Program-made: the position numbers and the translations under genes | Shown: positions 31,727-45,540 of the stretch, piece after piece | Position numbering within the stretch: position 1 is the stretch's first letter | Layout of the letters: each line of letters starts with the position of its first letter | The notes under the pieces: generated by a model | Database searches by the model: none | What the model saw: the letters and a program-made list of their open reading frames with translations, nothing else | What the model was told of the DNA's origin: nothing | DNA from: Macrostomum lignano | Taxonomy: Eukaryota | Direction of reading: 5' to 3' | Length of the DNA: 48,330 bases | Assembly: GCA_002269645.1 (NCBI GenBank) | Contig: NIVC01004368.1 | Coordinates: 1-48,330, forward strand

Positions 31727-32189
31727 AACGAAAGTTTCCTTACACACCCTCTCTTCAATATAAATTTATAATTATATTATATTTCAATATAAAATTATAA
31801 TGTTTTACATATTATAATTATAATTATAATTATAACTTTAATTACATGTATATATAATTATATAATTAAAAAAGATATTTAATTTATCTGCACTTTCTTT
31901 GAAACTTTAATCTCATAAGAATAAAATATAAGCATAAAAGTCATGCTCAAATGTCTTTTGCTGAGCAAAACTGTCACTCTATAATGATGGTATTAAATAT
32001 TTACGCGTAGATGAACTTTGTTTTAGTTTTTAGTTACTCTTAAGACTAGAAAAAAAATTACCTGGGACTATATGAAGTATAATTTTTTTTAACTAATTGT
32101 TTTACTTAAATGAATAAAAAATATATACACTGTAAAAGTTAGCTCATAACAGCAACAACAACAACAAATTCTGCAGCTAGCAATCAAAG

Positions 32190-33050
32190 TCACAGAGCAG
32201 GGTGCTTCAGATGTCGCGCCGCAGAGCCTGAGAGCGGACGAAGTCCGCCCCGTTGGCAGTGTCGGGCGCCCTGGCGTCGCGTACGTAGGAGGCAGTCCAC
32301 GTATCGACGGGTTTGGGCCTGACCCCGCCTGAGCGGGCCCTGCAGAGTGAGCAACAGGACGTCCTGAACAGGTTGGCGTGTTGACAACCAGTCCGACGCT
32401 CAATGCCACTTTGACCAACCTGTCGATCTGGCGGGATGCCACCTTGAACGGACGAGGACAGGAGAGCGAGTTCGTCGGCGTAGCCAAGCAAATAATAATA
32501 AGGCGCTTTTCGCCGTGGCGGCGACCGATGCGTCTGCGCAGCGCAGGAAGCCGTCGTTAGTCGAGGAGACTGCGGTCCGAAGCACCCAGTGGCAGCAGCA
32601 CGAAGAGAAACGGCGCCAAAGTGTCGCCATGCAGAACTCCTGATGAAGTGTCGAACTGATGATGATTTACATGTATGTAATCGCCCTACTAGTGAACCGT
32701 CTTCTCATGGGGGAAGGATCAGATCGTATGACTATGGATGGCTGCCAGCCGTCTATGACCAGACTATGACCGACAGATCGCCCTTCAGGTTGTCCCGCCC
32801 ATGCATATTGATAACAAATTTTTGGTAGTGCTATATTAGAGACGCGGTAAGGACCCAAATGTGCCCCATCGATAGCTAAGGTGCAAATATTGATCATCGG
32901 GGTTATTGCATGACCCACTGGCTGCCACCACTCTGTGACCTGGCGAACCTGGATCTACGTTATGACCAGACCTGGCGAGGCCGGAGCCCCGCCTGGGATG
33001 GGTATCAAGGGTTGGAGCTAGCGGCGAGCAGCATGCAGCCGAATAGCTAT
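32190..33050 (-). pseudogene. Degenerate RTE-like LINE reverse-transcriptase fragment
   Basis: Across frames: FDTSSGVLHGDTLAPFLFVL, WVLRTA, LGYADELALLSSSV and IDRLVKVALSVGLVVNT. These match the GVLQGDTLAP / YADDLALL motifs. Confidence 0.85.
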
Positions 33051-33229
33051 AATAGGAATCTGCTTGGGCACAAATCGGGAACTCCGGGATCATACAGACG
33101 GATTTTTATCAGGGGATCCTTTTAAGGCTGTGATGACATACGGTTCAGATTGCAAAAAGTACATGTAGTGTATAGAGAAAACGTAGAACAGCTATACATG
33201 TACATCTAGTTTGGATTGATCAATGGGTT

Positions 33230-33520
33230 CGGGCCTGGGTCCTCATATGAAAGGTTTTCCTCTCCACATGGAACACCAGACCGCTGATGTGATGAACCAC
33301 TGCTGGCCGCAGCGTGCGTCTGCGTCGTGGCATGTCAGGTCCGCTGATACGTCAGCAGACACAGTCAGCATCTCGGTCTTCAATATGCTGACAACGCTTG
33401 AACCCACCTCTTTCTGTGCTTTCAACAGACGAGAAAAAGAGGCTGAGGTCACCAGCGTTGCCAAACAAGCTTAGGTGTTTTTTGCCGCTGTGGCGAACGA
33501 TGCGTCTCCACAACAGATAA
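33230..33520 (-). pseudogene. Second, more decayed fragment of the same RTE-like RT family
   Basis: Homologous to 32330-32530 (AGACGCATCG.TCGCC...; FGNAGDLSLFFSSV; ILKTEMLTVSAD). Confidence 0.6.
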
Positions 33521-33539
33521 AAAAAGCAGGAAGAAATCT

Positions 33540-33893
33540 CTCCATTTCAGCATTCGAGGTGTGCCACGAAGCTCACAGATGTTCAATTGAAAAGATATTT
33601 TTGGTGTAAAGTCTACTCAGATGTTATATTGCAAAAATGCTTTTAGTTTAATTTTAAAAAGATTTTCCTTGCTGTAGTATGCATTTGATTTTTTTGTACA
33701 GTCACCATCTACGTCGTAAATTCTAAAGAAAATTCACTCCATTTCAGCATTCGAGGTGTGCCACGAAGCTCACAGATGTTCAATTGAAAAGATATTTTTG
33801 GTGTAAAGTCTACTCAGATGTTATATTGCAAAAATGCTTTTAGTTTAATTTTAAAAAGATTTTCCTCGCTGTAGTATGCATTTGATTTTTTGT
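33540..33893 (+). repeat. ~157-bp direct repeat (33540-33696 and 33737-33893)
   Basis: Near-identical copies starting CTCCATTTCAGCATTCGAGG, offset 197 bp. Confidence 0.92.
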
Positions 33894-34263
33894 TTATTTA
33901 TTTTCGTGGAACTGAACGTGGAACTGAAAATCCGGTCATATCTAGTTTCTCTTATGTAATGTATCTTTAGATCTATTTTGAAAGTAATCATATTTTGTAC
34001 TTATTTAAAATTGTGTATTGTTCGTATTTGTATTCTATTTATATTTTACTGTACTTTTTACTGTATGTATTTATGTTTTTTGGCTGGACAGTTTGAAATG
34101 AAGCTTGTTTTAATGACTAATAATTAACTTAAAAAAATATGAATCATCGTTTTTTGTAAGAGTGAACGCCGCTCTGATTTGGCACTCTGGTCTCGACTGA
34201 CGATTCAAATATTCAAATAGGACTTCTCGGCAACTAATTAATTACAAGTAAGTAGTTAACCTA

Positions 34264-34591
34264 GAGCCTCTTCACGGCAATTGGTTCTAGAACCAGAATA
34301 AATTCGAGTTCTAGAACCAGAACCAGTGTTAAATGAGGAGCTTCGAACCCATTTTATGTTTGAAAGTCTTTACAATTTAATTTTGTCGTTCTTTGACTTT
34401 GTTTCCTCTTCGATATGACAAAAAACGGAATAATTATATAACAATAATAAAAAATTGACGATTTCAAATATATTTTACTGTTAAGTGTAAACATGACAAC
34501 GGTTCGAGAAAATTTCTCGAACCATATTCTAGAACCAGAGCCATGTTCCGGAACCGGTTCCGTTTTTCGAACCGGCGATATGAAGAGGCTC
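34264..34591. mobile_element. PIF/Harbinger (Tourist-like) MITE, 328 bp
   Basis: TIR GAGCCTCTTCA / TGAAGAGGCTC; 3-bp TSD CTA; subterminal TTCTAGAACC repeats. Confidence 0.75.
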
Positions 34592-35313
34592 CTAGGCCAA
34601 GTATGGATATTACGTCTTTTCAAGCATTAAGCTTGTAAAGTACAGTTTTTAATAAAAAAAATATAAACTGCCTTAATAATATGTAAAGCTTTTTACGAAG
34701 TTGGACGAAGTTTTATACAAAACATTTCAGACACAACTTTGTTAAGCTAACTGCTCACAGTTGACGCGTTTTCTGTCGACAATTGTTTAATTTATGTTTT
34801 CCTAGAAAAGTTCAATACTAAAAATAGTAACGGATCCTCCTTTCAGAGAAATTTACTACTTTCCAGCATTAACTTGTTCAAAAATAAGACTTTTTACTTT
34901 TCGACATCATCCGGCCCCAACAAGAGTTTAATTAATTGAGTTAGATATCCGGAATTTGAGAAATCAGTTTTACATGTATCCCATATGCATGCACTGTACT
35001 CAAAGCAATCAGGAATTTTCTACAAGAGTACATGTATTTCACAGACAACGTTACTATAACATGTATCACAGTTCTGAAAAAATTATGTCTTTTTATAAAA
35101 ACCCATGCAGACGCGTAGCGTACTTTATAGGGCTCCGTCGCACATGTGATGAGGACGCACTTTTTTCCAAATCCCGCGCTAGCACATGGGCTCTAAACTT
35201 ACTAGCTACTAACAGTGGGGGCAATGGAAATTTTTATCCCTTTTCTGCGAATTGTCATTGAATCTATATACTAGATATAATGTTTGGTCATACTAGCTAG
35301 TAGTCATAATAAC

Positions 35314-36570
35314 CAGTGTTGGGCACTTCCGTTACCGAGTAACTTGTAAATGGTAACGCAAGTTACTTTTTCGTAAAGCGTTCCTTACGCAAGTTACTTT
35401 CCTATTTTGGTAACGGAGTAACGGTAAGTTACTCAAATTTCGGAAGTCCGTTACAGTTACTTTGCAACAATCGCAATATTTAAATTTAAAACTGATATGC
35501 TTAGCTATTACTCCAGTTGTCACATTTTTAGCATTTTTCATTCCTAAATTCAAAACTAAGTGAATAATATCATACGGTATTACGCTGTAATTAATAAAGA
35601 AATACTTGAAACATGTTTTTACTTTGTTATTTTCGGTAAAATATTTTTGCTTTTCGTTTTTAAGTTAATAAAAATATTTTGTTTAGTTCTTAGAAACAAA
35701 CAACCAAAGAAAGAAATTCATCTGTAGTCTCCACAAATCCACTCAGTGATCGACGTAGCCAGGAATTTTAATTGGGGGGGGGGCGGGTTGGCCTGGCTGG
35801 CCATGCCTCATGCCATTGCCACTTTTAGCGCCGCAGGCACTCATTTTAGCGCCGCAAGCACTCATTTAAGCGCCGCAGGCACTCATTTAAGCGCCGCAGG
35901 CACTCAATCGCCTCATGGTTTTTGGTACCCGCCACGCCCAACCCCACCCCCCCCCAGGTGGGGTGTCTTGCAGGTGGGGTGAAGTTGCCGCCCCAACGAT
36001 TGTTAAGGCGGCCTCCCTGGCTACACCACTAAAGTCCACTGGCACTGCACTGCACTGCACAATAATTTAATATTAATGATAATAATTGAAAATAAATAAA
36101 AAGACTAGTAAAGCAGACTGTAGAGTGGAGTAAAGCCAGGTACTTATTACGAGCGATGTATTATCAAGGACAACTGAAGTTACGTTAAGTTGTCCTTGTG
36201 TATTATAACTTATAATGTTATTAAAAATTAAATTGCGTTTTGCCTTTAACGTTTCTGACCTTCAGCTTCTCTTCTTTTTACGGAAAGGGCCTAAAGTGAT
36301 TAAAATTTAATACAGTTACTGAAATTAATGTTGTTGTATTCTTCCTCCTGGCTTTCGCGATCATTTGTGCTGTTCCATCACATTTGCAATGTTAAAAAAG
36401 CAGAAAATTTTGTTAATAACATAGGTAACGGAAGTAAGTAACGGAAGTAACTTAAAAGTTACCGGGTTTTTGTTCAAAGTTACTAGGCTAACGTAAGTTA
36501 CTTTTTAAAAAGTGGTAGCTTAAGTTACAGTAACGCAAGTTACTTTTTTTGAGTAACTTGCCCAACACTG
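35314..36570. mobile_element. hAT-type non-autonomous element (1257 bp including a nested MITE)
   Basis: TIR CAGTGTTGGGCA / TGCCCAACACTG; perfect 8-bp TSD ATAATAAC; subterminal GTAAC/GTTAC repeats. Confidence 0.93.
35744..36031. mobile_element. Nested MITE (CAGTG..CGTAGCCAGG-type ends) carrying ~4.5 units of a 21-bp repeat
   Basis: Right end CCTGGCTACACCACT; approximate TSD A(A/G)TCCACT; units ACTCATTTTAGCGCCGCAGGC at 35818-35906. Confidence 0.7.
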
Positions 36571-36961
36571 ATAATAACATAGGCGCAGATTTTTGGGTCA
36601 TAAATCATCGCTTTCGAAGCTGGTCTGACAGCCACCTGCGCCTCACTCAGTGTTGAGGCGGGCGCCAGATGGTCTGAGGGGATGCGAATGATAGCTTTTT
36701 TCCTCATCATTTTGACAGGCCATCAAGATTTATGAGGTCAGGGCCTATTGTTAGTGTTCACTCAAGCGGTGACAGCTCTGACAGCTATGCGTTTTACCCC
36801 TAAAAGTACTTTGGGATTAGCAATTAGCGATTTCTCTTCATTATCTTCACTTTCTATTTAATAAGAGCTTTCTAATGTATTTTTTTCATTAATTTTTGTC
36901 AATTCTACGCGAAAAGTCATAAATCATTTTGTTGCGATTTTGATTGATTTATGGCCGCACC

Positions 36962-38427
36962 TGTCATGTTTTTACGACCCCGAGGGAACTGATAGGATCT
37001 CCCGGTCACGTGAGTCTGGGTAGCAACAAGCTTAGCCAATCAGAAAATTCGGCGCTCATTTTAACAAATCGGCTCAGCCAATCAGAATCGACGTGTCCCA
37101 TTATAACAAACTGCGGTCCAGTTGGAGGCTATTTAAACCGGTGTTTTTGGCCCTCTCGGACTGCATTCCGGGTGCTACCCCTGCAAACCTTCTTGCGACC
37201 GGGTGCTACCCTTGGCTCCACCGGCCAGGAATTGACCGTCGTTTCTTGATCCCCGGATTGCGACTTCCCCCGCCCCCATCATCATCAAAGACGAATCCCC
37301 CCGGTCATCAGCAGTGAACATCAAAGTGAAAAGCATCACCTGCTAGCTATCAGCGAAGATTGTGACATCAGCATCATCCCGGGCCTACAGCTGCGAAGCA
37401 TCGAGCCGATTCGGTCACTGTGGATTACCTGGTCTCCGGCTGTTGAGTTTCTGATTGGTTGGGTGAGAGGCTGCCTAGACTTGCTTGATTGGGTGATTCC
37501 CTATCTGTCCCCTGTTTCAGTAGCTGGATTAGGCGCACACTTTTGCTCATTTTGTTCAGTAGTGCTGTAATCGAGGCGGAAGTCATTCAATAAAACTGCT
37601 AGTAGTCTGAAACTCCAATTCAATCTGAAGTGTGAAGTGATCTAAGGAGAAGGTTAAATCTAACAGTTATTTTTATCGGTTTTATTTCTTTGTTCGCCGA
37701 TGGCTCAGATGAATAGCTAAGCTAGTAGGCGCCGGTCACAGTGGACCAATGGCAAGGCAGTTCTCAGTCGATCAATCTATCAAATCAGTTAGCGAAATTG
37801 CCAATAGTGCAGAATCGGCTCCAGAGATGTACTCTGTGCACTCTAGGTTAGCCAAGCGGCTCGGGTGATGAATCATGCGGTCTCTGATGTTCGAGTTAGC
37901 CTATCATCAGCGCTAGGAGAGGCTGGTTGGCGCGTTGAAGGCCAAAAGTACATATCTTCGTATTTAGCAATGTAATAGTACATGTAGCTCTACCCCATAG
38001 TCTCGCCACAGCAAGAATCCCCTGCACAAGTCCCCTCTGTACCTGCATGGCCAATGCGATCTAGTCCCAGCAGTGTCCCTTAACATCGGCTATGACTTCG
38101 AGATTGACAGCAAAAAGACACTAGTTCGCAGGTAAGTGCTAAGCCCCCTTCTAGTCGGAAGCCCGATTTCGAGAGTCCCGGTGTGGTGAGCCAGGACGCA
38201 CGGGCTGATGGCAGCGAGTTAGCTAATCTGCGGATTAACTAATTTCTACCTTCAAAATTCTCCCCGCTTGTCTCTCGCTTTCCTGCTCGCCACACGATCA
38301 AGCTACCCTGGGGCTGACCATCTGACAGGAGTGGGGGGCCAGGACTCTAATTGATTTATTTCTGAGACCTGAGGCCCGAAGGCTTCCCCACTAGGGGGCC
38401 GAAAGGCCGAAACCCGGCCCCATCACA
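36962..38427 (+). mobile_element. Probable solo LTR (~1.47 kb)
   Basis: TGTCATG...CATCACA termini (6/7 inverted match); two AGCCAATCAG CCAAT boxes; TATA-like CTATTTAAA near 37129; AATAAA near 37589; no long ORF. No TSD found. Confidence 0.5.
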
Positions 38428-39406
38428 TGTACAATGATAACTAGCTGATAACAATTGGTAACAAGGACAACTAGCTAAAGCAACGTATTTACAGGACGCG
38501 ACACTCACATTTGCTAGTCCTATACCTAAAAACCATTAAAATTGCACGGCTTAGCTCATTGTTTTTATGAATCTATTTTGCCATTCTTTAGCGATCGACT
38601 GCAGTGTAACAATATGTGTAAGCAGAGATGATAAAATAGATTCATAAAACCATGCAAAAATTTGAGCTGTGCCATGCATCTTTATGATTTTTTGGTACAG
38701 GGAAATGTTGCTGTCGGATCCCGCTATTAGCCCGCAGTCGGTGCAGAATCATTGATGAAGCTGATCCATCTCTCCAAGTCGGATATGGGAAATAGGGATT
38801 TAATTCGTAGCGCTGATTTGCACTCACTGCTTTAGCATCCGACCAGAGCGGAGATAGAAATAAAATTATTAAGCTTAGCTTGGAAGAGGTTAAACGTCGC
38901 ATATATGGCGGCTCTGAAAACTTATCCGAATAATTTCACATTTTCATGTGTCTTTCTCCTATTGCCAAAGTTTCGAGTGCACGATTGTACTTTACAATTC
39001 TGACAGCTAAGGCCGGCGGCTATAGGGGAGAGGATTCAGAGACGAGAGACTGAGAGCTGAGCTCAACCTTGTAGAGTACACACGGAGTTGCCATGGCTGA
39101 GCAAGAGAATAACACTCTCTGGCCTGCACTTAGCAGAGGCGCTCTGCATGCTCACCAATTCTCTTCATTATTCACGCACGCATGAGGCGGAGAAGAAATT
39201 GCATGTACAGCTCACTACGCAGTCCTCTTTCTCTCCCCTCCCTAGTCTAGGAGTGTCTACTGTGTACCCGCCTTTTGCTTTTTTACCTTCCAAAAGTGAT
39301 ATAAAGCCGAACCACTAAAGGCGTCAGCATCCAAATTAGGCACACTCGTAAAACAGGCAAAAAGCTGTCTGCAATCCTGCTGTCTGCAATCCACACCGAT
39401 CAAGCA

Positions 39407-40857
<1,451 letters not shown>

Positions 40858-42164
40858 GTGACCTGGGAAGTTGGGTCATGTCCCAATACTCAGTGACCTG
40901 GGAAGAGGGGTCATGTCCCAATACTAAGTGACCTGGGAAGAGGGGTTATGTCCCAATACTGAGTGACCTGGGAAGTTGGGTCATGTCCCAATACTCAGTG
41001 ACCTGGGAAGAGGGGTCATGTCCCAATACTAAGTGACCTGGGAAGAGGGGTCATGTCCCAATACTAAGTGACCTGGGAAGAGGGGTTATGTCCCAATACT
41101 GAGTGACCTGGGAAGAGGGGTTATGTCCCAATACTGAGTGACCTGGGAAGTGGGGTCATGTCCCAATACTCAGTGACCTGGGAAGAGGGGCCATGTCCCA
41201 ATACTCAGTGACCTGGGAAGAGGGGCCATGTCCCAATACTCAGTGACCTGGGAAGAGGGGCCATGTCCCAATACTCAGTGACCTGGGAAGAGGGGCCATG
41301 TCCCAATACTCAGTGACCTGGGAAGAGGGGCCATGTCCCAATACTCAGTGACCTGGGAAGAGGGGCCATGTCCCAATACTCAGTGACCTGGGTAGAGGGG
41401 CCATGTCCCAATACTCAGTGACCTGGGAAGAGGCTCTTTACTTTCATTAGATTTCGCTAATTGCAAACAATAAGATGTTTTTAAAGCCAATAACTATTGT
41501 GTAAAAAAATTAATGCATGACATTTTTGCAAATCACGATTGCGCCAAGAGTTTTTAGACAAGCGAATATGAGAAAACCATGAATCAGTAGGGTAAGAGCA
41601 TTTTTTAGTTTTTTTTTCAGCACCAAAGATAACAAAATAGCAAATTCCCTTTTGATTTCGTGTTATAACAAAATATATTTTCTATATTATATTATAGATT
41701 TTCCTTATCGCTTTAAATGCTTGTAAAAGTATACTTGAGTTCATAGGGAAGAGTTTTAATAACTATGCTTTTCCTCTTTGAATTGAGATTTGCTGGTGTT
41801 CTGCTCCGTTTTCATAGCTATATGCGTGGTAGTATTGATTCAGTCACTTCGAGTATTGGGTACTGAGCAGTCCAACCCAGGGGGTACCGATCGTACCGAG
41901 GACTTAAAATGCTTGTTTTCTCCACGGGATTATCACTCTTTGAAGTTGATTTCCTGTCTTCTCTATTGGGAGGAAAATCGTAAATATTGCTTTTAAAGTT
42001 TCAATCCCGTCTACATCCAAGCTTTGCAGTGCAGTTGAGATTTTTTATCATAATTACTCGTCTAATACTCGTCAAAACTTGATAAAAACGAGAGTACCGA
42101 GTACGAAAAACCGAGTATCCCTAGCACCGCGAGTACTCGCCCAGCTCTGGTTGCAATGTCTTTG

Positions 42165-42460
42165 GCTTCAAGGTACTTCGCTACTAGCTACTACTAATAA
42201 TAGCTCAGCTGCAGCTATTGCGTGGCGCATCTGAAGGCTGCGTATGGCTGTTCAGTCCAAGGACTGGGGGGGGGGTCGCCACACACAGCCTCAATTACCC
42301 CAGCTAATACTGGTACCTATTTTACAGCTGGATGAGAACTGAAGCAGTAAAGAGTTAGGTGTCATGCTCAACAACACAAATTGTTCCATTGGGATCGGGA
42401 ATCGAACCCCCGATCTTCAAGTCGTGAGTTAGACGCTCTAACCAGTAGGCTACAACCCCC
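42165..42460 (-). mobile_element. tRNA-derived SINE with a conserved central (CORE/V/Meta-like) domain
   Basis: Minus strand shows A box TAGCCTACTGG and B box GGTTCGATTCC, then TGTTGAGCATGACACCTAAC...CAGTTCTCATCCAGCTGTAAAATAGGTACC. The 3' boundary is approximate. Confidence 0.75.
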
Positions 42461-42850
42461 GTTGTAGCTGCTAAATATATATGGTATACGTGTCAATTGT
42501 GTCAAAATATATCTTGCGTCATCAAATCACAGATCTCGATGCCTCACGACACAAACCACACTGCCTACTGACTGCCTGACTGAATGCAACGTCAACTCAG
42601 ACCGTTAAAACAAACATAGGCTAGTAATGGAGTTTTATAGAACTGCGAATGCCATCAATTTTTTGCTATTTTTCTTCACGAGTGATTGTATTACTAGTCA
42701 GAAAGATTAAATAATCCAAGCATGCCAAATATGATTTAGGGAGGTGCGGTATATATTTTTACTTTAGCTTAAAGGCTGGAACAGCAGGTCAGGATCCACT
42801 TTGCAGTCCCAGAGAGAGCCAGTCAGCAGCGAATTCCGCTACTGACAATT

Positions 42851-44853
42851 TCAGACGCACGTGAACGACAGCTTTGTTGCCTTCCAGCAAATCCGTTTGT
42901 CTTCTTTTTTAGACCGGCTTGAGCAGTACTCGCGGCAGTCAGCTTTGCCCAAGTCTTTCTCGGCCACAATGATGCCGTTTGGGCTGTGACTTCCGCAAGC
43001 ATTGAACCACCAGCCAGCTCTTCCGTGAGTTTCCGAACATGACTCATTGCTCTTGTCATTGTCCCTATCGAATGTGCTGAACTCCATGTTGTCGTGGAGT
43101 TTCATATCACCAGTCAGATCGCCCGACTCAGCGTCGCCCACGCGCAGCTTGAAGTTCTCATCCTCTCCGCGAACCTGAAAATCTTTGTAGGTGCCTTTCT
43201 GAACTGTCCCGTCGAATTTCGTGGCTTGGAAAATCAGCTTGCAGCTTCGGTCCTTCGTGAGACTGGACAGCCGCTTCAGACCTGCGGGGTCCGTTGGGTT
43301 GCATACCGTTGGTCCAGGGGCGTCGCCACCGGGGGACAAGGGGGGCATGCCCCCCTCCTAGTAAAGCTATGGGGGGGTCATGACAATGTGCTTTTTCCCA
43401 CCCACCCCACCTTGTGGAAAGCAATAATTATGTTTCAGGGCGCTTAAATATGGCACCTGCGGCGCTAAAAGGAGTGCCTGCGGCGCTAAAATGAGTGCCT
43501 GCGGCGCTAAAATGAGTGCCTGCGGTGCTAAAATGAGTGCCTGCGGTGCTAAAATGAGTGCCTGTGGCGCTAAAATGAGTGCCTGGCGCCAAAATGAGTG
43601 CCTGCGGTGCTAAAATGAGTGCCTGCGGTACTAAAAGGAGTGCCTGCGGTGCTAAAATGAGTGCTTGGGGTGCTAAAATGAGTGTCTGCGGTGCTAAAAG
43701 GAGTGCCTGCGGTGCTAAAATGAGTGCCTGCGGCGCTAAAATGAGTGCCTGCGGTGCTAAAATGTGTGCCTGTGGCGCTAAAATGAGTGCCTGCGGTGCT
43801 AAAATGTGTGCCTGTGGCGCTAAAATGAGTGCCTGCGGCGCTAAAATGAGTGCCTGGCACCAAAATGAGTGCCTGCGGCGCTAAAATGAGTGCCTGGCAC
43901 CAAAATGAGTGCCTGCGGCGCTAAAATGAGTGCCTGGCACCAAAATGAGTGCCTGCGGCGCTAAAATGAGTGCCTGGCACCAAAATGAGTGCCTGCGGCG
44001 CTAAAATGAGTGCCTGGCACCAAAATGAGTGCCTGCGGCGTTAAATGAAATGAGTGCCTAGCGCCAAAATGAGTGCCTGCGGCGTTAAAATGAAATGAGT
44101 TCCTAGCGCCAAAATGAGTGCTGACAACACTGACTCTCAAAATAATGTACATGTAGGAATTTAGTCATGTACATGTAAATATTTTTGCTTCCCCCACCAT
44201 AAAATCCGTGGCGACACCCCTGGGTAGCTATAGTAGATGCAAATCACAAATCGCACAGCTGCCTCTAGTTCTGCTCTGAGAGCTGGAGTCCCAGCTCACT
44301 TACCCATCCAGTAATCCTCGTGGGGGAACCCGAAGCCCTCCGCATAGACCTCCCAGTTCTGTAGGAACGAGATGCTGTTGCCGCTGTGCTGCTGGAACAC
44401 CACTTCGCCTAGCGCTGGCCGGCTCGCAGAATTGTCAGCTCTGAGGCTCTCAAAGCGACCGAAGTGCAAACCCACCGGCACGAATTGCACGGTTTTGTGA
44501 ACAACTGAATTATCCAGGTCGATAAACTTCTTGATACTGTTGCACCTGTCCTGATTGCCGCACTCAAAGATCAACTCGCCAGCAGTTCCACCTCTGGACA
44601 CTCGGGCCGTCACCCCGACTCCAAAATCCTTGCCTTTGTCCACTTTCACATCCAGCCCAGTGACTGTCGGCTGGTCATTCTGCGGGCCAACTGCCGCAAT
44701 TTTGAAGGCCAGCATGACCTCATAGCTGCCGCTAAAGAAGTTGTAGCTGATTGTGGCGGGCTTGTCTACGAAGTCGACCTTGATGTCTTTTGCGAAGATC
44801 CCCAGTCCCTGGCAGAGTAAGATGACCAGGAGCATGACAGAACAAGACTGCAT
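42851..44853 (-). CDS. Secreted fibrinogen-related-domain protein with an unrecognised N-terminal domain; exons 44304-44853 and 42851-43281
   Basis: Signal peptide MQSCSVMLLVILLCQGLGIFA; FReD motifs NWEVYAEGFG...DYWMG|LKRL, FSTFDRDND, GWWFNAC...NG. GTAAGT donor and CCCCGCAG acceptor, both phase 1. Confidence 0.9.
43315..44222. mobile_element. hAT-like MITE filling the FReD intron and containing an expanded 21-bp array
   Basis: TIR CAGGGGCGTCGCCAC / GTGGCGACACCCCTG (14/15); no TSD found. Confidence 0.75.
43455..44112 (+). repeat. 21-bp minisatellite (GCCTGCGGCGCTAAAATGAGT), ~30 copies including 17-bp variants
   Basis: The unit is the exact reverse complement of the unit at 35818-35906. Confidence 0.96.
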
Positions 44854-45394
44854 TGCTGCGGCTTGAATAATTAATCAAAAAAGGTTTTGTTCGGTATTTG
44901 GAAACTGGTATGAGCTGAGCATTTAAAATTAAATTTCTTTCCAAGCAGCCGGTGCTCAGGTAGGAAGGCAGTGAAAGAATGGAATTCGTTGAAACTTTGA
45001 GGCAAGAAGTCGTGCAGCATGCCGACTGTTCTCTCGTTTGCAATCTCTCCGAATTTAAAATCGATATTTTCAACTATTTTAGTGCTTTCTTGAGTAACGG
45101 TGGGGTTGGAACTTCTTGGAACTATTGCTTCTGAATTATGAATTCTTCTGGCAGAATTCATTTTAAATTTTGCTGTTGAGCTCTGCTGCTACCTTAAACT
45201 TTTTAAGTTAACTAGCTCGTATTTGGGCGACAATTTTAAAACAAAACTAAAACTTAAAACTAAAACAAAATTAACAGAATATAGGCTGACTGAGAGCTGC
45301 TTGACCTCGGGTCATCTCGGGTCAAACAGCTACTGCAGAGGTCGGCGAATTTTTTAACCTTACGCGCAGATAGCGAATCCAGATCATGAGATGA

Positions 45395-45540
45395 GATGAG
45401 GGAAGAGATCGAATCGGTGAGAGGAGGGGAGAGGAAGAGGAGAGAAAAAGGGACGACAGAGGGGAGAGGGGAGAGGGGAGAGGGGAGAGAGGGAAGAGAA
45501 GAAGAGAGGGGATAGAACAGAGAGAGCTGAGAAGAGACAC
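45395..45540 (+). repeat. Polypurine (GA-rich) tract
   Basis: Almost entirely G/A. Confidence 0.85.

Noticed and set aside
41850-42150. Possible hAT element ending in CTCGCCCAGCTCTG
   Set aside because: No matching left TIR or TSD found.
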